Assembly: GCA_025062195.1 (NCBI GenBank)
Contig: JANXAS010000013.1
Coordinates: 3,501 to 67,500, forward strand
Direction: 5' to 3'
DNA from: Armatimonadota bacterium
GTDB lineage: Bacteria; Armatimonadota; Fervidibacteria; Fervidibacterales; Thermosaccharophagaceae
DNA: 64,000 nucleotides
Below are positions 38,944 through 49,319 of the stretch, in pieces (within the stretch, counting starts at the first letter, position 1; the number at the start of each line of letters is the position of its first letter). The translations under genes were made by a program, and so were the position numbers. The notes beneath the pieces were generated by a model. It worked only from the letters and a program-made list of their open reading frames with translations, searched no databases and was not told the origin of the DNA.

Positions 38944-40385
38944 TTCACTACGCCGACACGAACATTCCGGAAACGAGCCGGTGGAACTCCATGCCCAACA
39001 TGCATTGTTTGCATCGGTTCACCCTTGCCGCAATTTGGCAGCCCCCAAAGTTGCCATTCGCTCTCATTCCCAACGGCATCGCAATTTCTCCAAAACTCGT
39101 AAGTGATGCCGGTGTATGTTGGGTTCTTGATCATCTTCACGAGCCTGCCGTTTCGTATCAACCATGCTATCTCGCATCCGAACTGGAAGTTGAGGCGTTT
39201 GTCATCAATGCTCCAACTCTTGTTCGTGTCCATAAAAATGCCTTCGCCAACGTCGCTTATCATCTCCTCAAGCGTGCAATCTCCCGGCTCCAAATTGATG
39301 TTCGTCATCCTGATGAGCGGGATGGCGTTGTAATTTTCGGCGCGCATGGTGCCATTGCTCCCTTTCAAGCCTATCAAAGGGGCGGTCTCACGGGAAGCCA
39401 AGTAGCCGACGAATATGCCTTCCTTAACGAGGTGGAAACGTTGTCCCGGTATACCTTCGTCGTCATATGCAAAGCTGCCAAGTGAGCCTTCAATTGTGGC
39501 ATCAGCGACAATGTTCACTATTTGGGATCCATATTCAAAATTGCCCAACTTATCCGGCGTCAGGAAACTTGTCCCAGCAAAGCTCGCCTCAGTCCCAAAC
39601 ACCCTGTCAAGCTCGGTCGGATGACCGCACGATTCATGCACCTGCAACGCCATCTGGTTGGAACCGATTATGACTGTCGTAACAGTTGACGGGCATGGTT
39701 CGGTATCAAGCAACTGGACTGCCTCCATAGCGATGCGCCGCGCGTGCTCCTCCAAATTCAGCGACAGGATAAACTCATATCCCTTTGCCGCGAAGTTTCC
39801 ACCATGCGCAGCTGGATATGAACGCCGTTGGACATCGCTCCCTCTCACCGCAGTTGCTGTCATTCCAGCTCCAACTTCAATCCTCTCCTGCTCAATAGCT
39901 GCTCCTTCGGTGCTAACGAACAACTTCCTTTGATGCCAAAGCGACATGCTCGCCTCACTGAGCTGTATCCCTTCAACCGAGCGCATCAATTCATCAACTC
40001 GCAAGAGCAACGAGAGGCGCTCTTCCAAAGGCACTTCAAATGGGTCAATCTCAAACGGCATCCTATGCTTTGCCTTTACCGGTTTTGCGGGCGCAAGGAT
40101 GACATCTCGCCTCTTCAAATACGCGCTTGCTTTAGCTATCTCAATTGCCAACTTAGCCACCCTCTCGCCTTCCTCATCGCTCAAGATTGAACTGCTCGCA
40201 AACCCCCATGCACCGTTGTAGATAAGGCGCACACCAAACCCTATTTTGCAATCGGACTTTATTGTCTCGGGTTGCCCATTCTTTACGACGAGTTCCTCAA
40301 AGCGAGTCTCAACAAAGCGCACATCTGCGTAACTGACACCATCAACCGAACACCGCTCAAGGACCTTCTTGGCAAATTCCTCCAC
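38940..40385 (-). CDS. tldD: TldD/PmbA-family metalloprotease
   Basis: YADVR, GFGVR, HESCGH.TELDR, YDDEG, RMTN and CGKG. Confidence 0.9.
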   Translation of the reverse strand: MEEFAKKVLERCSVDGVSYADVRFVETRFEELVVKNGQPETIKSDCKIGFGVRLIYNGAWGFASSSILSDEEGERVAKLAIEIAKASAYLKRRDVILAPAKPVKAKHRMPFEIDPFEVPLEERLSLLLRVDELMRSVEGIQLSEASMSLWHQRKLFVSTEGAAIEQERIEVGAGMTATAVRGSDVQRRSYPAAHGGNFAAKGYEFILSLNLEEHARRIAMEAVQLLDTEPCPSTVTTVIIGSNQMALQVHESCGHPTELDRVFGTEASFAGTSFLTPDKLGNFEYGSQIVNIVADATIEGSLGSFAYDDEGIPGQRFHLVKEGIFVGYLASRETAPLIGLKGSNGTMRAENYNAIPLIRMTNINLEPGDCTLEEMISDVGEGIFMDTNKSWSIDDKRLNFQFGCEIAWLIRNGRLVKMIKNPTYTGITYEFWRNCDAVGNESEWQLWGLPNCGKGEPMQTMHVGHGVPPARFRNVRVGVVK

Positions 40386-40745
40386 TGCTCATGCACCCCC
40401 ACCAAAATGATTGCTGCTAAGAGGTGCTGAAGAGCAGCAAACTATCGCCCGCCACCTACTCCACCTTAATGCAATGTTTGCACTCCTAAGGAGTTCAACT
40501 GTATGCGGCATAGAAAGAAATGCTGCTTGGCAATCCGCATTTTAACGCGCGCCTCCAATTCGTCTTCATCCGTCGTTCAGCCTCAACGGCTGAGTTTGGC
40601 GGAAGCCTGATATAATAACCTTGCGACGCAGCATTGCAGGGTCACATTGAATTGCTCAAAGATTTGAGCGGACATCATTTGCCCTACTAAACTCATAATG
40701 GTTGCGCCATTCGTGTTCCGAGATGTGAGAGGTGAGCGTTCGGTC

Positions 40746-42026
40746 ATGCAGCAAGTTGAGGTTAAGTCATCGCTGCTCAGCAACGGCATGCAGGTGACTA
40801 CGATGAGATTGCCGTGGGCGAAAAGTATCGCCATCGGGATCTGGTTCAAAGCTGGGTCGGCATACGAATGCGAGGATGAGCTTGGCATGGCGCATTTCGT
40901 CGAACACCTGTTGTTTAAGGGCACAAAGAGACACACAGGCAGAAGGATAGCACAGGTTGTGGATGAGCTTGGGGCATATCTTGAAGCCTTCACAGAGAGG
41001 GAATTGACATGCTACTACGCCCGGGTCCTACCTGACGGCTTAAGCAAGATGCTCAGGTTGATGGCTGAGCTCGTGAGTGAGCCCGAGATGTCAGTGAAGG
41101 ACATAAAGGTTGAGCAAGATGTTGTGTTATCCGAAATCAGCGAGGTGAATGACACACCTGAGGAGCTCGTTCAAGAGTTGCTTTTAGAAGCTCTTTGGGA
41201 CGGGCATCCGCTTGCAAGACCAGTTCTTGGTAAGCCTGAGAGCGTAAAATCGTTCACAGCAAAGTCAGTCAAGTCATTCCTAAAGCGTTTCTACACGCCG
41301 GATAATGCCGTTGTCACCGCTTCCGGATGCTTGGAGCATGAAAGGTTTGTTGAAGAATTGCAAAAAGCGTTTGGGTCATTTAACGGTAAGGCACAGGTTC
41401 CAAAGCTCTTTCCACCCGTTCCAAAGCCTCAGCTAAAAATCGCCAAGAGGGAAATTGCACAAGCATATGTGTGCATTGGCTCTCACGGCTTTTCACAGCG
41501 CCAGAGGAAGCGCTTCCTGTGTATGGTGCTGCTTGATTTCATACTCGGCGGGAACGCCAGCTCAAGATTCTTCCAATCAATTCGTGAGAGGTTAGGGTTG
41601 GCATATTCCATCGGTAGTGTAAGCATTGGTATGAGAGATGCTGGCTTCCTTGTGATCTTATTCAATTGCCTGCCAGAAAATGTTGAGAAGACAGCCGTTG
41701 CACTCAGGCACGAAATACAGAAGCTATTGGAAAACGGCATAAGGAAGAGCGAGCTAAGAAGGGCAAAGGCACAACTGCGCTCATCACTAACTATGTCGCT
41801 CGAGAGCGTGATGGGACAGATGCTTCAAATGGGTCGGCAACTTATCTACTTCAACAAACTCATACCAAGCGAGGAACTCCTCTCAAACATTGACAGCATA
41901 ACTCCCGAGGATGTTATGGAGACAGCCTTTAAGCTTTTTGAGCGCGGCAAGCTTGCAGTCAGTTTTGTCGGCTCGCTTGACCCATTGAAGGTTGAAAAGA
42001 TAGCGAAAATACTGACCGAGTTTTGA
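40746..42026 (+). CDS. Peptidase M16 (pitrilysin-family) zinc protease
   Basis: HFVEH (HXXEH), LFKGT, HPL.RPVLG, SSRFFQ.IRE..GLAY. Confidence 0.92.
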   Translation: MQQVEVKSSLLSNGMQVTTMRLPWAKSIAIGIWFKAGSAYECEDELGMAHFVEHLLFKGTKRHTGRRIAQVVDELGAYLEAFTERELTCYYARVLPDGLSKMLRLMAELVSEPEMSVKDIKVEQDVVLSEISEVNDTPEELVQELLLEALWDGHPLARPVLGKPESVKSFTAKSVKSFLKRFYTPDNAVVTASGCLEHERFVEELQKAFGSFNGKAQVPKLFPPVPKPQLKIAKREIAQAYVCIGSHGFSQRQRKRFLCMVLLDFILGGNASSRFFQSIRERLGLAYSIGSVSIGMRDAGFLVILFNCLPENVEKTAVALRHEIQKLLENGIRKSELRRAKAQLRSSLTMSLESVMGQMLQMGRQLIYFNKLIPSEELLSNIDSITPEDVMETAFKLFERGKLAVSFVGSLDPLKVEKIAKILTEF

Positions 42027-42386
42027 ATCCGGCTGTATGGCGCATCTATAAACGCACCGTTACATACCAGCGTTAGCGCATCTCTCCGCAACGGAGATTG
42101 TTGTTGCGGTTTGGAATCTATCCCTGCAAACTTAGCTTCGCCCACGTTTCCAAGAGATTATAGCGTTAAAGTTGCTTGGGTGTGTTTTACGGGGTTTTAA
42201 ATTCGCCCATTTAGCTGGGTGAGGAAATATTCATGAATACCGATAGCATGCCAAAGCCACCTTTTCGCTCTCTGGGCTTTGAGTCCGTTTAGCCGCTGTC
42301 AGATGCACCCTTAGGTGGTGAATGCACATAAGAGCATTTGCCGATGAGCTCATAATGGAGCGCTTTGGCAGGGGGTGAGAATAAAA

Positions 42387-42764
42387 ATGCCGATAGTTGG
42401 TATAGGCATTGATGCAGTTGAGGTTGAACGCATAAGGTCAATGCTTGAGCGCTATGGCAACCGATTCATAAACAAAATTTTCCAACCCGAGGAAGCAACC
42501 TATTGCATGTCACAACATGATCCAGCACAGCACTTTGCAGCACGATATGCCGCAAGAGAGGCATTTGCAAAGGCGCTCGGAACGGGTTTTGTGGGCATAA
42601 GTTGGCGTGATATATCTGTTGTGCGGGATTCCGGTGGTGTTCCGAGGGTTTGCCTTTATGGTGCCGCTGCAAAAGTTGCTTCTAAGAGGGGTGTCAAACG
42701 GGTTTGGCTCTCACTGACGCACACAAACACATTGGCAATCGCAGTGGTTGTGCTTGAGGGATAG
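42387..42764 (+). CDS. acpS: Holo-[acyl-carrier-protein] synthase
   Basis: IVGIGID, FAARYAAREAFAKALGTG and SLTH. Confidence 0.93.
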   Translation: MPIVGIGIDAVEVERIRSMLERYGNRFINKIFQPEEATYCMSQHDPAQHFAARYAAREAFAKALGTGFVGISWRDISVVRDSGGVPRVCLYGAAAKVASKRGVKRVWLSLTHTNTLAIAVVVLEG

Positions 42765-42810
42765 CATATAAAGCTTGCATTTGAGTTTGCCACCTTGGAT
42801 GGTGATAGCT

Positions 42811-43560
42811 ATGCGGATGGAGTTATCAAACAAGGTTGCTTTGGTGACGGGCGCTTCAAGGGGCATTGGGGCGGCGATTGCGATTCGCCTCGCAAAGGAG
42901 GGCGCGTCTGTAGCCGTAAATTACAGGCAGGATGCTGAGGGCGCAATGAGAGTTGTCGGGTTAATTCAGTCCCAAGGGGGAGAAGCACTCGCAATACAAG
43001 CGGATGTGCGAGACGCATCACAAGTCAACGAGATGTTTTCTAAAGTGGTTGCACAGTGGGGCAAAGTAGACATACTCATCAACAACGCCGGCATCTTGAA
43101 AGAGAGTTTCGTGATGCTGATGAGCGAAGCCGAATGGAATGAAGTCGTGGACACCTCGCTGAAGGGCGCTTTCCTGTGCACGAAAGCGGCGCTCAGGAGC
43201 ATGACAAAAAATCGGTGGGGACGCATCATCAACATCTCTTCGGATGCTGGGCTGATGGGGGATGTAATGAGAGCGCACTACTGTGCTGCTAAAGCCGGAT
43301 TGATTGGCTTCACAAAAGCTGTTGCGAGAGAGGTGGCGAGGTCGGGAATAACTGTCAATGCTGTTGCCCCAGGGGTAGTTGAAACCGATATGATAGCGTC
43401 TCTGTCAGAAACAAAAAAGAAGGCGATGCTTGAACTTATCCCGATGCAGCGATTCGCGCGCCCTGAGGAGGTCGCTCACCTTGTGGTTTTCCTGTGCACT
43501 GAGCTTGCTGGTTACATTACAGGGCAGGTCTTCGTAATTGACGGCGGATTGAATATGTGA
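42811..43560 (+). CDS. fabG: 3-oxoacyl-ACP reductase (SDR family)
   Basis: TGASRGIG, NNAGI, YCAAK, NAVAPG and YITGQ...DGG. Confidence 0.85.
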   Translation: MRMELSNKVALVTGASRGIGAAIAIRLAKEGASVAVNYRQDAEGAMRVVGLIQSQGGEALAIQADVRDASQVNEMFSKVVAQWGKVDILINNAGILKESFVMLMSEAEWNEVVDTSLKGAFLCTKAALRSMTKNRWGRIINISSDAGLMGDVMRAHYCAAKAGLIGFTKAVAREVARSGITVNAVAPGVVETDMIASLSETKKKAMLELIPMQRFARPEEVAHLVVFLCTELAGYITGQVFVIDGGLNM

Positions 43561-43570
43561 GGGATTAGAC

Positions 43571-45610
43571 ATGATGCGAGCGGCGAATGTGCCGAAAGAA
43601 CTTGCAGAGACCCATCATAGCAAGGTGTCAAGATGGCTTTTGCTAACGATGCTAATGCTGTGTATCAGTTACATCCTCGCTGCACCGCCATTTAGAAGAC
43701 CGCTGCAAAGGCAAACGACTCTCCACGAACAATACGAAGAGCTGGAAGTAAGATATTCACGCCTTGAAAGATCACTTGGGAGTGAAGAGCATTGTGAGCT
43801 TGGTGCGTTAGCTCGTCTGAAACTTGATAAGGCTAAAATCATGCTTGGCGGAGGTAGCTGGTGGTGGAGCAACAGCGAGATAGCGAAGGCGCTCAGGGAA
43901 GCTGAAGAGGCTATGAATGCGTGGGAAAGAAAGGAGGACATGCTCAGGGGGGCGGTCGGATTAGTTGAGCGTGCGTATTTTTCGCCGGCTGATGGCTCAG
44001 CGCAACCTTACTGGGTTTATGTGCCCCAAAATTACAAGCCGTCATCAAAGCATGCCCTCATCGTTTTCCTTCACGGCTATGATCCATCAATCAACAAAGC
44101 CAACCCATGGCTGCTTGGCGATGATATATATCGCATAGCCGACAAACACAACCTAATCATTCTTCAACCGCACGGAAGGAAGAACACCGACTTCATACAC
44201 ATAGGTGAGCAGGATGTCTTGGAAGCCCTCAAAAGGACAATATCACATTACAGCATTGATGAGGATAGGATTTACCTTTTAGGCGTCTCAATGGGTGGCT
44301 ACGGTGCATATATAATTGCGCTGCACAACCCGCATCTGTTTGCTGCTGTCGCTGTTGTTGCTGCAAGGCGCTATCACTTCCTTTGGGGTGAACTTGACCA
44401 AACAACACTTCCACCGCCAAGGGCGTGTGTGCTCATAGCTGAGAACCCATATATGCTTGCCGAAAACGCTTTAAACTTCCCCACATTAATTATTCACGGC
44501 GAGAAAGACCTGCTTGTCCCTGTGGCAAACGCAAATCTTATGGCTAAACGCCTGTCAAGCTTTGGCTGCCCAGCAACGGTAAACATACTCCGAGATGAGT
44601 CGCATTGGATTTACTTTGACAGCTCTCTGTTTGAAAAGGTGTTTGAGTGGTTTGAGGGCAAGCGCCGTCAGGCATTGCCGAAGCGCCTCATTTATCACAC
44701 CTTCACTACAGCGTATAACAGAGCATACTGGGCGACGATTGACGAACTTGAAGAATGGTGCACCCGTTCCACTGTCAAAGCCTCAGCTCTCCCCAACGGA
44801 ACAATTTTTGTGAACACGAGAAATGTAGCAGCACTCTCATTGGAGCTTCACCCAGAGCTTATAAAGCCGGCAAAGAAGTTCCGACTAATATTGAATGGGA
44901 GCACCATCGCGCAGGGTGAATTGGTAAAGCCGATAAAACTTTCCCACAGGCTTCGCGAGCGCAAAGGTGTCTTAGCAAAGACGCACAATCTTTGCGGTCC
45001 TGTATGGCATGCATACATGCACAGGTTCATCATAGTGCAAGGGACATTGGGTGACGAGGAGACCAAAGCTGAGAATGAAGCTAAGGCAAAGCAGCTTGCA
45101 GATGAGTGGGTTGAATTCTCGGATGGGGTGGCAACAATACTTAAGGACACCGAGGTAACAGAGGAGCAAATCAAACAGTATAACATTATCGCCGTTGGCG
45201 GACCAAATGAAAACCGTCTCGTTAAGCTCATCTCCGGAGAGCTCCCGGTGCGTTTCCTTGAGGATGGCTACCGTATAGGCATCCACGAAATTACAACGAG
45301 GGCGATCAAAAAGAAGCTTGGGCAAGTGCTTGTTTATCCCAATCCATTAAACCAGAGCCGTTACATTCTCATTTACGATGGTGTGCTATGGGGAAAGGGG
45401 CTACCGATAAACCACAAATTTGACACGCTGCCAGATTTCACCATATTCACCGAAGACCAAGAGACAGACGGTGCAAATGAAATAGTGTGTGCTGGCTTCT
45501 TTGACACCCACTGGCAAGTTGACGGGAAGCTCATTTGGTGCAAATTGAGCAAATGCCAATCTAAGCCACGCTACAGCGAAATCTCATCCTCAGCCCATGA
45601 CGGCGACTAA
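43571..45610 (+). CDS. Secreted alpha/beta-hydrolase (S9/esterase-like)
   Basis: SPADGSAQPY, VFLHG, G-V-S-M-G-G nucleophile elbow, HGEKD..VP, and a catalytic His in ESH. Confidence 0.82.
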   Translation: MMRAANVPKELAETHHSKVSRWLLLTMLMLCISYILAAPPFRRPLQRQTTLHEQYEELEVRYSRLERSLGSEEHCELGALARLKLDKAKIMLGGGSWWWSNSEIAKALREAEEAMNAWERKEDMLRGAVGLVERAYFSPADGSAQPYWVYVPQNYKPSSKHALIVFLHGYDPSINKANPWLLGDDIYRIADKHNLIILQPHGRKNTDFIHIGEQDVLEALKRTISHYSIDEDRIYLLGVSMGGYGAYIIALHNPHLFAAVAVVAARRYHFLWGELDQTTLPPPRACVLIAENPYMLAENALNFPTLIIHGEKDLLVPVANANLMAKRLSSFGCPATVNILRDESHWIYFDSSLFEKVFEWFEGKRRQALPKRLIYHTFTTAYNRAYWATIDELEEWCTRSTVKASALPNGTIFVNTRNVAALSLELHPELIKPAKKFRLILNGSTIAQGELVKPIKLSHRLRERKGVLAKTHNLCGPVWHAYMHRFIIVQGTLGDEETKAENEAKAKQLADEWVEFSDGVATILKDTEVTEEQIKQYNIIAVGGPNENRLVKLISGELPVRFLEDGYRIGIHEITTRAIKKKLGQVLVYPNPLNQSRYILIYDGVLWGKGLPINHKFDTLPDFTIFTEDQETDGANEIVCAGFFDTHWQVDGKLIWCKLSKCQSKPRYSEISSSAHDGD

Positions 45611-45645
45611 TGGTCCTGCAAGAATTAGTTGAGGACGCCGTCAGC

Positions 45646-46617
45646 TCAATGGCTCACCTTGCAATTCATCGGATGAGACAGCTGCGCGAATGCAAATGTT
45701 TTGCTCGTAAGCCACTTCCTGAGCACCAAAACTGTAGTGCTGTTGCTTACCCCGTAGCGCGGTATGCGATAAGGGTTCGTGTGAGGCGTAAACGGCTTTG
45801 GGGCAATCGTCACTGCCCATTTGTATCCAGCAGCACGAGCTATCTCCATAGCGACGGAATCAACTATACCACAAGTGTAAGCGAGCCCGTTCACTTTTAC
45901 GCCGAGCTTATGTTCAAGCAAGCGCTTTGAGGCGATGAACTCATACACCAAGCGCTCACGATAGTCATCCGGGCTGAGTCTTTTCTTGAGGCTATTCGGA
46001 TTGGTATGAGTGACAGTGTGCGATGCGACTTCAATTCTGCCCGACTGGACCATCTCCTTGAGTTGCCCCCATGATAGACCGAACCTGCCCACAGCGTTTG
46101 TGTAAATGAACAATGTCGCCTTGGCACCATGCTTGGAAAGCAACGGATAGGCGATTTTGTATGCCGAACGAAAGCCGTCATCTATCGTTATAACGACGGG
46201 ACGCTTAGGGATAGGCTTATCCCAACGACCCCGCATTATTTCTACAGCCTCACTCATGGTTAGGAATTTGAATCCAAGAGCATTCAGCATTTGCAAGTGC
46301 GCTTCGAATCGCTTTGGTGGCGTCACCCAACGCATGTGCTCCCCATCATCACGGAAGTCGTGGTAGCAAAGGATTGGAACAGCATAGCCACTTGGCGGGG
46401 ACGTAATTCTGGGCTCTTTTGACTTCACAACACCGTTAAATTGTTTTTCCTGGGACGCTTTGTGACGCGTGAAAATGGATGATAAAGTATGGCGGTTGGT
46501 AAAGCTTGTGCAGATAATCAGTGCAAGGAGCAATATTGGAACCGCTATATATGCAACCTTTGACCAGAGCATGCAGTGTTGATGCCGATGCGAGTGCGAT
46601 GATGTTGTGTAGCGCAC
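45646..46617 (-). CDS. Membrane-anchored polysaccharide deacetylase (CE4, IcaB/PgaB-like); start uncertain
   Basis: VPILCYH, ITIDDG, ATLFI, ASHTVTH and IPR; N-terminal TM helix. Confidence 0.85.
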   Translation of the reverse strand: MRYTTSSHSHRHQHCMLWSKVAYIAVPILLLALIICTSFTNRHTLSSIFTRHKASQEKQFNGVVKSKEPRITSPPSGYAVPILCYHDFRDDGEHMRWVTPPKRFEAHLQMLNALGFKFLTMSEAVEIMRGRWDKPIPKRPVVITIDDGFRSAYKIAYPLLSKHGAKATLFIYTNAVGRFGLSWGQLKEMVQSGRIEVASHTVTHTNPNSLKKRLSPDDYRERLVYEFIASKRLLEHKLGVKVNGLAYTCGIVDSVAMEIARAAGYKWAVTIAPKPFTPHTNPYRIPRYGVSNSTTVLVLRKWLTSKTFAFAQLSHPMNCKVSH

Positions 46618-46849
46618 TGTTGCCTTTTCCTCCTTGCTTTGATGGAAGCCTGTTGCTTCAACTATTGTATCACGCAGCAGCAATTGCAGCGCCGCAGAGT
46701 GGTTGGATGAAGGTAAAGCAGAACACATATCGGGCAGTCAGACAAATTAGTGGCATAGTAAATGCGTTATACTTGCGTGAGGTTACATTTGTGCTGTTGA
46801 GCAAGCGCAGGTGAGGTTGTAAAAGAGCAATGGAAGGAGGGGGATTGAG

Positions 46850-47125
46850 ATGCCGTATGTCATCACCGAGGGCTGCACAAAGTGCATGACATGCGTTGAG
46901 GAGTGCCCTGTAAGCTGCATCCATGAGGGCACAGATATGGTTTACATTAATCCAGATGAGTGCACCGAATGCAGCACATGCAACGAAGTATGCCCACAGG
47001 AACCACCAGTGCCACAGCATGAAGATGATGTGCCAGATGAGATGAGGGGCTACATCCAAATGAACCGCGATTTCTTTGAGCTATCAGACGAGGAGTTTGA
47101 AGCCAAATACGGCAAGCCGAAATAG
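46850..47125 (+). CDS. Dicluster ferredoxin
   Basis: CTKCMTCVEECP and CTECSTCNEVCP; strong AGGAGG RBS. Confidence 0.92.
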   Translation: MPYVITEGCTKCMTCVEECPVSCIHEGTDMVYINPDECTECSTCNEVCPQEPPVPQHEDDVPDEMRGYIQMNRDFFELSDEEFEAKYGKPK

Positions 47126-47145
47126 CTCGCTGCCTGCCAACATTT

Positions 47146-47934
47146 TCAGAATTGCAACGGGTTAACAGGTATAAGCCCCGAACCGATTGGGAACGCTCCT
47201 TCAATGGAGCGTTGAATAAACTGTTTTGCGCTTTTAATTGCTTCAGCTTCGGTGGCTCCCTTTGCAAGGGCAGCAGTTATCGCGGCTGAAAAGACGCATC
47301 CAGCACCATGCAATTTCCCTTTGGTAGAGCGCTTTGAACGGAGCTCAAGAAAGCGGTTACCATCGTAGACCAGGTCAATAGCCTCATCTCCCTCTAAATG
47401 CCCGCCTTTGATCACAATCACGGATGCGCCAAGGTCATACAGCGCTATCGCTGCATCCATTGCGCTATTAAGCGATGTCACTTTGATGCCGCTAAGCACC
47501 TCGGCTTCATAAACATTGGGCGTGACTATCGTGGCGAGCGGCAACAATTCCCGTTTCAACACATCAATGGCATTTTCGCTGAGCAATCTTGCACCAGTTC
47601 CGGCAATGATGACGGGGTCAACAACGAGCGGTTTTAAGTTATGCTCCTTCACCTTCGCCGATACAACTTCAACGATGCTTGCATTTGATAGCATGCCAGT
47701 TTTAGTTGCGCCGACTTTTAAGTCGCTTGCAACGGCATCAATTTGAGCGGCAACAAATTCGGCGGGCACCTCCAAAACCGAACTTACGCCGAGGGTGTTT
47801 TGAGCTGTCAATGCCGTTATAGCGCATGCCCCAAAGACACCCAATGCTGTGAATGTTTTCAAATCGGCTTGCACGCCCGCACCGCCACTTGAATCTGAAC
47901 CTGCTATGGTCAATGCACACGGGGTGAACTTCAT
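47146..47934 (-). CDS. thiD: Hydroxymethylpyrimidine/phosphomethylpyrimidine kinase
   Basis: [39 protein letters not shown] and HGAGC. Confidence 0.96.
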   Translation of the reverse strand: MKFTPCALTIAGSDSSGGAGVQADLKTFTALGVFGACAITALTAQNTLGVSSVLEVPAEFVAAQIDAVASDLKVGATKTGMLSNASIVEVVSAKVKEHNLKPLVVDPVIIAGTGARLLSENAIDVLKRELLPLATIVTPNVYEAEVLSGIKVTSLNSAMDAAIALYDLGASVIVIKGGHLEGDEAIDLVYDGNRFLELRSKRSTKGKLHGAGCVFSAAITAALAKGATEAEAIKSAKQFIQRSIEGAFPIGSGLIPVNPLQF

Positions 47935-48047
47935 TCACATCAACCCATCGTCACAGCAAGTATTGATTAAAGAACTCACAACTTCATCCATAGAGGCAAC
48001 ATCGTTTTTGGATGAATGAAGTTGCTCAAAATGGCTTGAGCGGTTTA

Positions 48048-48201
48048 AACCATTTCAACAAATTAAAGCGGCATGATTGCCGTTTGGATCATGAAACGAT
48101 AAAAACTAACAAAACGCAGCCACTTTTTGGCGGAGAGCCCAAACGGCCGCCTCGGACAAGCACGAACGCTACATGGGTTTAGGTGTCACCTTAATCTTTG
48201 A
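48048..48201 (-). repeat. Intergenic repeat modules: REP-like unit plus a ~45 bp module shared with 54577-54620
   Basis: Reverse complement aaggtgacacctaaacccatgtagcgttcg resembles 58010-58037; reverse complement catgatccaaacggcaatcatgccgctttaatt resembles cgtgattcaaacggcagtcgcgtcgctttaatt. Confidence 0.6.
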
Positions 48202-48248
48202 AAATGGCATTATTAGTCACCCATCCAATCAACTGCATCCACCCTTAA

Positions 48249-49250
48249 TCAAATCAACCTGCCGCCAACAACTTGCCGTATCTCATCAGCAGTTACTGGA
48301 GCAACACCAACCTTGCGGACTGCCGCAGCTGCTGCAGCGTTCGCCAATTTAGCCGCCGTCACAAAATCAGCCCCGCAAGCCAAAGCTAAAGCGATCGCAG
48401 CGAGGTATGTATCACCAGCTCCGGCAACATCATATACCGTCACGCGATAGGAAGGTATGTCACATAACCATCCATTGCCATCAAACAAGCTTGCCCCTTC
48501 CTCACCCCTTGTTATCACAAGCCATTTGACATTGAGCGAGCTTGCAAGCAAGCTTCCAACTTGCTTGTAGTCGTTTGCCGGCTCGCCATTGAGCATGGCT
48601 GACTCAATCGCCTCGGCAGTGTTAAAGCTCAGAAGGTCAAATCCAATAAATGAAGCTATATTGCGCGGCTTCGGACCGCCACACAGCAATATGGTGTTGC
48701 GCGCTGGGGCTTTTTTGAGTGCTTCCAGCAATCTCTCCCTAACAACACCCTTTGCATAGTCCGAGACTATTAGAGCATTCACTTTTGGAAGCAAAGGCAT
48801 GATGCGCTCAATTATTGCATCACATGTCATGTCACTTATCGGCGTTCTAACTTCGTAGTCAATCCGCACAAGCTGCTGTTTGTGGGCGATGACACGAGTT
48901 TTAAGTGTTGTCGGGCGAAAGGTCTCGGTGACGATTGCGCTGACATCTGCACCAATTGATTCAAGGAGGCAAATCAACTCATCCCCTGCAGTGTCATCAC
49001 CGATAACGCCCGCTGCAAAGACTTGAGCGCCCAATGAGCGCAAGTTGCAAACAACATTCGCAGCACCGCCAGGTCCAACCTTGCGCTCACGGCGCAACAG
49101 TACCGGCACAGGCGCCTCTGGCGACAGGCGTTCCGCATCGCCGATGATATATTCATCAAGCATTAAATCGCCCACAACAAGCACACTCAAGCTTTGGAAC
49201 CGTTTCAGCAGTGGCTCAACTTCGTCCAAGGTCAGCATTGGGACATCCAA
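48249..49250 (-). CDS. RfaE/HldA-type D-glycero-D-manno-heptose-7-phosphate kinase (PfkB family)
   Basis: VVGDLMLDEY, RLSPEAPVPV, GGAANV, TTLKTR, SDYAKG and DVAGAGDT. Confidence 0.88.
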   Translation of the reverse strand: MDVPMLTLDEVEPLLKRFQSLSVLVVGDLMLDEYIIGDAERLSPEAPVPVLLRRERKVGPGGAANVVCNLRSLGAQVFAAGVIGDDTAGDELICLLESIGADVSAIVTETFRPTTLKTRVIAHKQQLVRIDYEVRTPISDMTCDAIIERIMPLLPKVNALIVSDYAKGVVRERLLEALKKAPARNTILLCGGPKPRNIASFIGFDLLSFNTAEAIESAMLNGEPANDYKQVGSLLASSLNVKWLVITRGEEGASLFDGNGWLCDIPSYRVTVYDVAGAGDTYLAAIALALACGADFVTAAKLANAAAAAAVRKVGVAPVTADEIRQVVGGRLI

Positions 49251-49319
49251 TTCAAGTCACCCCACAGAGCTGAACTTATGAGCATCATGATTCAAACTCG
49301 CATGCCCAACACGGCGCTG

